15,151 nt of DNA from an uncultured archaeon (GTDB lineage Archaea; Asgardarchaeota; Thorarchaeia; Thorarchaeales; Thorarchaeaceae). The stretch is taken from contig CAZVZC010000046.1 of the NCBI GenBank assembly GCA_964631415.1, positions 1 through 15,151 of the forward strand, in the 5' to 3' direction. The notes under the pieces were generated by a model, which saw only the letters and a program-made list of their open reading frames with translations, did not search any database and was not told the origin of the DNA. Positions 8,242 to 15,151 of the stretch are shown here, piece by piece. Position numbers and translations under genes: made by a program. Within the stretch, counting starts at the first letter, position 1; every line of letters starts with the position of its first letter.

Positions 8242-8940
8242 TCACACAGGTGGAGTCTCCAGATGATGTATCAGTTTCTTGACCTCATTCAGTCCGAAGT
8301 CAACGTAGATGATTCCGTACACTGACTCAAGCAGTGTTCCCTTGATGTGATCTATTTCCGACTTCGTGGAACTGGGTGGATCAAAGTGAATACGATGCTC
8401 ATAGAGCCCCCACTGATCGCAGAGCCAAGCAAGATGCTCATTGCTCACGAGCTCCGCTTTGCGTTGAGTGAGAAGCCCTGCATTGGAGGGGCTCGGCCGC
8501 CAGAGATGGTGAAGCACAGCTAAAGAGATGGCAGCATCACCTACCAGCGCAAGAACCCTGGCCATGTCGCTCAGCGACGCAAGGTCAGTGAATGCCTCTG
8601 GCTTGACGGACACGCTTGCGGTGGCCCGATAGTGTGTTTCAATCTCAAGGAACAGGTTCCTGGTGCTCGGCTGAAACATCGCGACGGAGAGCAACTCATT
8701 TCCGACTATCGGGAGCCCAAGTACGCCTTCGAGCCGCGGCGCCAGCGATTCATGAACCTTGGACAATGAGGTGATTACGCCGTCCAGCCCGAGTATCCAG
8801 CGATCAATCTTTCCCCGCAGTCGTGTGTTCTCATACGGCGTGAGCGCTTGGGTCTTTCTGACAATCTCCAGCAGCGCTTGTAGTTTTTCATCAATTCCTA
8901 CGGGGTTCCATGCAAGCTGTTTTTCATGGTGAGAATTCAT
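8242..8940 (-). CDS. Ribonuclease III-domain protein lacking a dsRBD
   Basis: LEGVLG...ELLSVAMFQPS (N-terminal helices), LALVGDAAI (signature), GLLTQRKAELVSNEHLA and GTLLESVYGIIYVDFG. The protein ends right after the nuclease domain. Confidence 0.85.
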   Translation of the reverse strand: MNSHHEKQLAWNPVGIDEKLQALLEIVRKTQALTPYENTRLRGKIDRWILGLDGVITSLSKVHESLAPRLEGVLGLPIVGNELLSVAMFQPSTRNLFLEIETHYRATASVSVKPEAFTDLASLSDMARVLALVGDAAISLAVLHHLWRPSPSNAGLLTQRKAELVSNEHLAWLCDQWGLYEHRIHFDPPSSTKSEIDHIKGTLLESVYGIIYVDFGLNEVKKLIHHLETPPV

Positions 8941-9734
8941 ATCATGCCCTCTCCGGGTACGATATGAGTTATGGCAGTCCTCTCGGCCTCATAGTGCTGG
9001 ACGTAGATGGCTGTGAGGGAGTACTGCATTGCAAGCAGACTAAGAGCCATGAGAATCAATGGCGGTCCTGTAGACAGGTTCACGATTGGCTCGGTCTGTG
9101 GCAGTATTTCGAGGATTATCTTCTCAATATGCGAGTAGGTTGCCATGAGGTCTCCCCGTATGCGCCCCTCGTCGTAGCCCACCACCTTCACTGGCAGCTC
9201 ATGCCAAGTAGTCTGCCACTTCTTCTCAATCCCTTCCGGCACGTACCTGTCGACGTTCTTGGAAACTCCCCTTGCGAAGCGTTCCTGTTCAACTACCATG
9301 CGAAGGAATGCGAAGTTGAAAGTCGCCTCCTTGGTGAGCCACATGACGAGAGGACGGGCCTCTTCGGGGTGTGCAATAGATGTGAAGAGAGTCTTCGGTC
9401 TAGTAACTTTCAGTGCCCTTCTCACAGACTGGATAGCCCTCGGATGCAGTTCGAATATGCGTTGTTGGGAGTCCTTCCTGCTCACGATTATCCCGAGATC
9501 CTCAAGTTGCTTTGTGTTGAAGTAGAGCTTGGGGTCTGTGACCTTGTAGTCTTCGGGCTTGACATTCCTCACACCCGACTGGACTGCCTCAGCAACCATG
9601 TTCTTTCTGATGCTCTCTCTCAGCTCGGCACCTGTCTTTGCTCCACCCTCCAGCTGGTCGAGTATGACCTTGCGAGCTACGACGCTCTCGACCTCCCTTC
9701 TGACGATGGTGTCAATCGTGTTGGAGAACATCAT
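8937..9734 (-). CDS. Winged-helix transcription regulator with C-terminal CARF-like Rossmann domain
   Basis: N-terminal ILDQLEGGAKTGAEL...LYFNTKQLEDLGII...RIFEL is ArsR/PadR-like. C-terminal KTLFTSI...DLMATYSHIEKII...PIVNLSTGPPLILMAL...AIYV follows CARF secondary structure. ATGA overlap with the RNase III gene. Confidence 0.7.
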   Translation of the reverse strand: MMFSNTIDTIVRREVESVVARKVILDQLEGGAKTGAELRESIRKNMVAEAVQSGVRNVKPEDYKVTDPKLYFNTKQLEDLGIIVSRKDSQQRIFELHPRAIQSVRRALKVTRPKTLFTSIAHPEEARPLVMWLTKEATFNFAFLRMVVEQERFARGVSKNVDRYVPEGIEKKWQTTWHELPVKVVGYDEGRIRGDLMATYSHIEKIILEILPQTEPIVNLSTGPPLILMALSLLAMQYSLTAIYVQHYEAERTAITHIVPGEGMI

Positions 9735-9765
9735 GTGTGTTCGAGTAAGAATGTTTCATTGACGA

Positions 9766-9775
9766 CATATATATG
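9766..9775 (-). promoter_or_regulatory. Putative TATA box of the wHTH-CARF/RNase III operon
   Basis: Palindromic CATATATATG about 32-40 nt upstream of ATG 9734, consistent with a short-leader archaeal transcript. Confidence 0.55.
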
Positions 9776-10003
9776 GTATGTATGTTTGTCCAGAGAAGGT
9801 TCTGTCTAACGGAAGGACATACGGAGGGAATATCATTCGGTCCGTTGCTCGCAAGTAGGACAACAGTGCCCCATCACGCCCTCCTAGAGGTCATCTCAGA
9901 GGGCCAAGCTCGCTCGCCCTTATCGACAAGAGAGGTCTGCATATACGATATACATAGGTAATGTAGTTCTTTGTCTGAAATGGCGATTTTTCGTGCCTTA
10001 TAC

Positions 10004-10019
10004 CGTGAAGGCTTAAATA
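10004..10019 (+). promoter_or_regulatory. Putative BRE/TATA promoter of actin
   Basis: Purine-rich GTGAAGG followed by CTTAAATA (10012-10019), about 95 nt upstream of ATG 10115. Confidence 0.5.
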
Positions 10020-10114
10020 CGCGGCTCAGGGACTTACTGCTTGAACAGGGTTGCGGACACCATGCCAAAGACTCTGACACAACGACAAGCAAGAAAAAGA
10101 GGACCGAGTACAAA

Positions 10115-11254
10115 ATGGCTGAAGACGAGTTCGCTGGAACCAAGCCAGTTGTCATAGACAACGGCACTGGCTTGAGCAAGAATGGGTATGCTGGCGAGGA
10201 CCAACCGCGAAGTGTCTGGCCTACGTTGATCGGCTATCCACGTTACGAGTCAATCATGACTGATGTCGATCACTACACCCGTGACTACTACATCGGGGAA
10301 GAGGCCATCAACCTGCGAGGTGTCCTGCGTCTTGTATATCCAATCACGCACGGTGTGATTGATGACTGGGACGCCATCGAGAAGATCTGGTCGTACACAT
10401 TCTACAACTACCTGAAGGTGGACCCAAGCGAGAACCCGGTGCTCCTCACAGAGGCTCCATTCAACCCACGTGAGAACAGGGAACGAATGGCATCGGTGAT
10501 GTTCGAGAACTTCGGAGTCCCAGCAGTCTATGTTGCGACTCAGGCAGTCCTGTCACTGTACGCATCCGGTAGGACAACCGGTCTGGTCATTGACTCAGGC
10601 GACGGTGTGACACACATAGTCCCCATTTACGAGGGCTTCGCTATCACACACGCCATCAGGAGGATTGACCTAGCTGGTCGTGACATCACCGAGTACCTAC
10701 GCAGGCTGCTCAGGCAGAGGGGTTACTCCTTTGTGAGCGGTGCTGAGAAAGAGATTGTGAGGGACATCAAGGAGAAGCTCTGCTACGTCGCACTCGACCC
10801 CGAGCGCGAGAGGACAGTGGCTGACAAGGCCGGTGTCGACAAGCCCTACATGCTGCCAGACGGTGAAGTGATCACTGTAGGCGCTGAGAGGTTCCAAGCA
10901 CCGGAGCTGTTCTTCAACCCAAGCGCGATCGGTCTTGACACCTCCCCACTCGACGACCACATTGTCGAGTCAATCAAGGCCTGTGATGTGGACCTGCGAC
11001 GTGACCTGTACGCAAACATAGTGCTGTCCGGTGGTTCCACAATGTTCCCCGGACTCAAGGAGCGACTCCACAAGGAGATCACCGAGCTGGTCCCAGAGAA
11101 CATCGAAGTGCGGATCATCGCACCACCCGAGCGACAGTACTCAGTGTGGATAGGCGGCAGCATCCTCGCATCACTCAAGACATTCCAGAAGATGTGGGTG
11201 TCCAAGAAAGAGTTTGAGGAAGCAGGCCCAGAAGTCATCCACCGCTGCATCTAA
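10115..11254 (+). CDS. Actin (Asgard/Lokiactin-type, 379 aa)
   Basis: [84 protein letters not shown] and C-terminal HRCI align with eukaryotic actin along the full length. Start set at the ATG encoding MAEDEF. Confidence 0.98.
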   Translation: MAEDEFAGTKPVVIDNGTGLSKNGYAGEDQPRSVWPTLIGYPRYESIMTDVDHYTRDYYIGEEAINLRGVLRLVYPITHGVIDDWDAIEKIWSYTFYNYLKVDPSENPVLLTEAPFNPRENRERMASVMFENFGVPAVYVATQAVLSLYASGRTTGLVIDSGDGVTHIVPIYEGFAITHAIRRIDLAGRDITEYLRRLLRQRGYSFVSGAEKEIVRDIKEKLCYVALDPERERTVADKAGVDKPYMLPDGEVITVGAERFQAPELFFNPSAIGLDTSPLDDHIVESIKACDVDLRRDLYANIVLSGGSTMFPGLKERLHKEITELVPENIEVRIIAPPERQYSVWIGGSILASLKTFQKMWVSKKEFEEAGPEVIHRCI

Positions 11255-11269
11255 GCACGAATAGTTTCC

Positions 11270-11316
11270 GAAGGAGCGGCTGCAAAGCCCTCCTTCAAAC
11301 CTTCTTTTCTTTCTTC
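11270..11316 (+). terminator. Hairpin plus pyrimidine tract after actin
   Basis: GAAGGAG(C)GGCT-GCAA-AGCC-CTCCTTC forms an 11-bp stem with a GNRA loop, followed by CTTCTTTTCTTTCTTC. Confidence 0.75.
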
Positions 11317-11425
11317 GAACTCGTGTTTTCGAGCGGAGAGCACACCTGCGCTGCCCAGTGGAGCAGCTAGAGGTCGGTTTTTATTGCTGCATATTGCCCC
11401 ATGGAAGCCGAGGTAAACCCCAGCT

Positions 11426-12382
11426 GTGCCAAGACCTGCAGTCTACTATGCGCTCCTGACAATCACAATGGCCATCTGGGGTGGAGGGTGGGTTGCCAAG
11501 AAAATCTTGGTTTCGGTTGTGACCCCATTCATAGCAGGTTTCCTGCGGTTTACCATCGCAGGTATCCTGCTAGCTATACTTCTGCTGGTCAAGCGCGAAG
11601 TCCCCCAGAAACCGGTCAACTGGTCTCTCGCTAGACTAATCCTCGTTATTGGAGCACTCGGGATCTTTGTCTATGCAACATTCGAGTTTGTCGGTGTGGG
11701 CTTGGCGACTGCAGTGCAGGGGTCTATAATCGACGGCTTCTGCCCGACCAGTATTGCCTTGTTTGCCATTCTAATGCATGGCGAGCGATTCAGCAACAGA
11801 TGGAAGTACCTTGGATTTCCGGTGAGCTTCCTCGGCGTCCTATTCGTGGTCGGTATTCAGGCTCTTGTTGATTTCAGACCTGAGTACTTCCTAGGTGACC
11901 TAGTTCTCTTGGCGGGGGCCTTCCTGTGGGGCTTCTATTCCTCTCTTGTCAAACGTGGAGTCAAATTCACGAGCCCATTCAAACTCACCACGGGGGCCGT
12001 TCTCGTTGGAGCCACACTCTTCGGAATCTCTTCCTTCCTAGAGGGGTCCTTCAGCACGATGACTGCGCTCGACTCGACCGTGTGGTTTTGCGCTCTCTAC
12101 CTTGGAGCGGGGTCTACGTTTGTGGGGTTCGTGATATACTACAGTGGCATCAAGAGTCTAGGCGCGACCCGGGCTGGCATCTTCCTGAATCTAGTCCCGG
12201 TCTTTGGAACGGTGTTCTCAGTTCTGGTCTTAGGCGAGCAAGTCTACATAACCTTCATCCTTGGGCTTGTCCTTGTTGTGCTGGGCGTTGTCATGATTAG
12301 CCTACCAGAGAAAGCGCCCGAACTATCCAGCCCTCCTAGGATGAATGGCATACATGCTCGTGAAGACTACCACGACCAATGA
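11426..12382 (+). CDS. EamA/DMT family transporter
   Basis: AIWGGGWVA, FLRF, LMHGERF, GDLVLL...WGFYS, LNLVPVFG and LVLGEQ, with two repeats and about 10 hydrophobic helices. Confidence 0.93.
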   Translation: MPRPAVYYALLTITMAIWGGGWVAKKILVSVVTPFIAGFLRFTIAGILLAILLLVKREVPQKPVNWSLARLILVIGALGIFVYATFEFVGVGLATAVQGSIIDGFCPTSIALFAILMHGERFSNRWKYLGFPVSFLGVLFVVGIQALVDFRPEYFLGDLVLLAGAFLWGFYSSLVKRGVKFTSPFKLTTGAVLVGATLFGISSFLEGSFSTMTALDSTVWFCALYLGAGSTFVGFVIYYSGIKSLGATRAGIFLNLVPVFGTVFSVLVLGEQVYITFILGLVLVVLGVVMISLPEKAPELSSPPRMNGIHAREDYHDQ

Positions 12383-12985
12383 TGAGGTGGCTAGAACGGC
12401 GAAGCACATTCCAGCAATCACTCTCGCCAACATCAGGAACAATGTCAATGCCATGGTCAGCAGGCCAAGGCATAGTCCCAGAGCAGTTAGAACCGAATGA
12501 GGGTCTTCTCTCAGCTGATTGACCCGTTTCATCCTTGGTTGGACCAGAAGTAGCAGGCCAAAGATGGAGTAGAGGAACCAATAGGGTGTTTCTATGCCCA
12601 GCGCCGTGACTGGCTCGTCATGAAGGTCTGTCGTATTGATAATCATGAATGGATAGATGAGCAGAACAAGTCCCGCGCCCTGCACTAACGCGTCACGCAT
12701 CTTGTCCATTCTAACTGGAAGTATCCAGTAGACTGCCACTAAGAGCAGAGCAGTCAGGCCCAGACAAAACAAGAAGCTGATGAAGTAGTGTACCTGTAGA
12801 TGAATCACACAGAAAAGGGAATCCGGGAGCCAGTAGACTACGAAGGTGAGGCCTATGAGAATGGACGAGGACAGCACGATGAACACGATCCCGCCAAGCA
12901 TCCAGAACAGGTCCATCACCGGTCCAAGCTTACCTGTGAGACTATCGGCTCTTGCAGCCTCCTCCTGCGATTGCGGGCCCTCCAT
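12323..12985 (-). CDS. Hypothetical integral membrane protein (about 6 TM helices)
   Basis: ATG-initiated ORF with about six long hydrophobic segments, filling an otherwise empty region. Confidence 0.7.
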   Translation of the reverse strand: MEGPQSQEEAARADSLTGKLGPVMDLFWMLGGIVFIVLSSSILIGLTFVVYWLPDSLFCVIHLQVHYFISFLFCLGLTALLLVAVYWILPVRMDKMRDALVQGAGLVLLIYPFMIINTTDLHDEPVTALGIETPYWFLYSIFGLLLLVQPRMKRVNQLREDPHSVLTALGLCLGLLTMALTLFLMLARVIAGMCFAVLATSSLVVVVFTSMYAIHPRRAG

Positions 12986-13225
12986 TCAGTTTCCCAGTCT
13001 AAACACGCGTCCCTTTGCTTTCAATCTTGCGTAATGGCGGACCCGGCGCCAATCTTCTTTCGAACCGAAACACTGTACAGGAATCTTGTTTCCGCATTGT
13101 GTTCATGGCGGCGGAGCACTCTTGATTCCAGATAACCTGCCCATCCGCAAACTTGGGTACGCCTGTGCCTTTGCCGCACCTTAGCATCTCAACGGAAAGG
13201 GTGGGTCTTGTCCGTAAGCAGAAGG

Positions 13226-14197
13226 CTACACCAGAACGCTTGGATAATGATCTATGCTGTTCGCTGAGCCCGGCACCGCATAAGAGCCGCTTCCAGAGTA
13301 ATCACTCCAAGAGTTGCCCCGGCTGACCCCATCGTCCCAACTGTCATCCGCACCGTCATCCCACGCATTACTCCCTTCATTCCAGCCTAGGTTGTTGTCA
13401 TACACGATAGTCCCGCTGGCATCCGAGTATACTTTCAGTCCAATTCCTGAGTTGTACAGCACATCGTTTCTCGTTACAGTCCAGTTGACGCAACCGATCT
13501 GTAGTTCGATGCCATTGCCGTTCTCTGTGACATTGTTGCCGTCCAAATGGCACCCGTGGGAGGACCATGCCATCACTCCCCATTCATTATGGTACACGGT
13601 GTTGTTGCATATATCGGTGAGATTGCTGCCACAGAGAGTGATTCCAAATGTGCGGTTGCCAACGGTGTTGCCCGAAATTCGCGTTTCCGGTGAAATGCTA
13701 GCGTTGATGCCAAAGCAGGAATACTTGACCTTGCAGTCTTGAACAGAGCATCTCTCACACTGGAAGAGTTCAATGCCAGACAGACTGCCTTCAGTCCGGC
13801 ATCCACTGACTGTTGCTTCGTGGGCTTCAGAGAGATACAAGGCGCGTCCGTTCGTATCTGTAGCTCGCAGTGCACAGTTCCTGATGACGAAGAATGCCTC
13901 CGCAGATCGAATCTCGATACAGTAGATGGATGAAACGATGCTCAGGTTCTCAATCACATAGGGGTCCGATTGAGTTCCGTTTCCAGGCCACCCTTTCACT
14001 TCTGCCTGCTCTGCGAAATCGGTGTCATCAACGATATGAATGGGTTCATCTCTGCCCTCTATCGGATTATCCGTCCCGTCATCATTCGTGGTATTCAAAA
14101 GATTCGAGAACGTGTACAGGGTCGCAGCGGCCGCTACTACGAGAACTACTATGACCACGGCTGCGACCTTGCCCGACTCACCATGGGTGACTTCCAT
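13226..14197 (-). CDS. Membrane-anchored right-handed parallel beta-helix protein (NosD/CASH-like)
   Basis: N-terminal TM segment (VAAVVIVVLVVAAAA), GWPGNGTQSDPYVIENL, repeated NxxGI/NN turns and the WDDG..GN.WSDY...D.YP tail. SD GGAGGT upstream of ATG 14197. Confidence 0.88.
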   Translation of the reverse strand: MEVTHGESGKVAAVVIVVLVVAAAATLYTFSNLLNTTNDDGTDNPIEGRDEPIHIVDDTDFAEQAEVKGWPGNGTQSDPYVIENLSIVSSIYCIEIRSAEAFFVIRNCALRATDTNGRALYLSEAHEATVSGCRTEGSLSGIELFQCERCSVQDCKVKYSCFGINASISPETRISGNTVGNRTFGITLCGSNLTDICNNTVYHNEWGVMAWSSHGCHLDGNNVTENGNGIELQIGCVNWTVTRNDVLYNSGIGLKVYSDASGTIVYDNNLGWNEGSNAWDDGADDSWDDGVSRGNSWSDYSGSGSYAVPGSANSIDHYPSVLV

Positions 14198-14531
14198 CGG
14201 CGCTACCTCCTCTAGACGATGGATCCTTGTTCGCTTTGAACCCACTTTAACTTAAGCAATCCCGCTGCATCATGCAGGTCGCTGTCCGAAATATCCGGGC
14301 AGTCCATCGAAGCAAGAAGCACATCTCTCTGTTCCTTGAATGCTTGCACCATGCTGCATCTTGGTTGACAATGGCCTGTTTCTTCTTCGAACTAATACGT
14401 CTTATTAGTAGCGTTCCTGCAACCGCATGGGCCCGGTTCTAACCTAGAGGAAACGAAGAGACAACTCTCTTCTGACTACTACACTAGGAACCCGAGGTGA
14501 CATATCCAAGACCGATCAAGTGATAGAAACA

Positions 14532-15151
14532 ATGTCAGATACCCGCCACTTAGCCCTACTCCTTTCTCCTCTCTGGAGGATTCTTGCCCAGCGTCTGGCC
14601 GGGAGATGTAAGGAGTGCGGACAAGAAAGACTGCTCTCGGCTTTCGAGATATACTCAGGAGGTCGACGTCTTTCCTGTAAGAGCTGCTCACTGACGTCGA
14701 AACCCATGATGCCCCTGATTCGTCTTCTGTTCTTCAGGCTGGGCATCAGACACTACACGGCAAGGTCCCTGCTGAGCGATTCAACTGTTCGCAAATGCAT
14801 GCTCAGTGTCGTGAAGGGAATCGCGAGCTTCGGAACAAGGTTTCCGCAGCCGACCGGTGCACCAATAACCATTGTATGGAACGTCACCAACAGGTGCAAT
14901 CTGAACTGCATCCATTGCCATCAAAACTCGTCGCCCGCCTGCTCCGACCCAGAACTCACGACATCTGATGCGTTCAAGGTGATTCATAACATGAGCGAGG
15001 CGGGGGTTGTGACACTGACCTTCTCGGGAGGCGAACCACTAGTCCGCAGTGATCTCTGCGATCTCATCAAAAGAGCTGACGATAGCGGTATGCTGTGCAC
15101 AATCGCATCCAACGGTACTCTAATGACTGAACAGACTGTGCGAAGGCTCAA
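14532..15151 (+). CDS. Radical SAM protein, 5' part (runs off the window)
   Basis: Manual translation gives MSDTRHLALLLSPLWRILAQRLAGRCKECG...SCKSC...VKGIASFGTRFPQPTGAPITIVWNVTNRCNLNCIHC (CxxxCxxC at 14895-14918), FSGGEPL and IASNGT. No stop occurs from 14448 to the window end. Confidence 0.92.
   Translation, partial: MSDTRHLALLLSPLWRILAQRLAGRCKECGQERLLSAFEIYSGGRRLSCKSCSLTSKPMMPLIRLLFFRLGIRHYTARSLLSDSTVRKCMLSVVKGIASFGTRFPQPTGAPITIVWNVTNRCNLNCIHCHQNSSPACSDPELTTSDAFKVIHNMSEAGVVTLTFSGGEPLVRSDLCDLIKRADDSGMLCTIASNGTLMTEQTVRRL

Noticed and set aside
8910-9809. 299-aa plus-strand ORF
   Set aside because: It is antisense to the wHTH-CARF gene, with atypical composition and no motifs.
9971-10114. 48-aa N-terminal extension on actin in the ORF track
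   Set aside because: It spans the putative promoter. Actin homology starts at ATG 10115.
11270-11296. Hairpin after actin considered as a SECIS element or sRNA
   Set aside because: It has no AUGA/GA core, actin has no in-frame TGA, and the position plus pyrimidine tract fit a terminator.
13034-13066. Minus strand reads GGTTCGAA-agaagattgg-CGCCGGGTCCGCCA, resembling a tRNA T-loop and CCA end (possible att scar)
   Set aside because: The spacing is wrong, the T-stem does not pair, no matching 5' acceptor strand (GGACCCG) lies upstream on that strand, and there is no integrase in the window.
630-14255. Other short overlapping ORFs in the six-frame track
   Set aside because: They lie within or antisense to well-supported genes and show no recognisable motifs.
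14479-14987. Three short minus-strand ORFs near the window end
   Set aside because: They are shadows of the plus-strand radical SAM gene.
1-15151. CRISPR array, cas genes, transposase, integrase, rRNA or full tRNA
   Set aside because: No regularly spaced repeats or corresponding motifs were seen.

Overview
Archaeal chromosomal window, almost certainly from an Asgard archaeon because it encodes a true actin. Thorarchaeia is a plausible guess from the moderate-to-high GC and the NosD-type protein, but this is inference. From left to right: a type I phosphoribosyltransferase; a tRNA-modification trio (Cgi121, stand-alone THUMP, TsaC/Sua5); a nucleotidyltransferase overlapping a CDP-alcohol phosphatidyltransferase; a small alpha/beta orphan converging on a soluble 7-bladed FG-GAP beta-propeller; a convergent four-gene block (shortened PriL-like Fe-S protein and SAMHD1-like HD hydrolase on +, dsRBD-less RNase III and wHTH-CARF-like regulator on -); actin, divergent from that regulator; an EamA transporter; a membrane orphan; a membrane-anchored beta-helix protein; and the 5' part of a radical SAM gene missing from the ORF track. 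The best candidate for an undescribed system is the 6006-9734 block, which could be a nucleotide-sensing antiviral or nucleic-acid stress module. All family calls come from reading motifs by eye. No searches were run.
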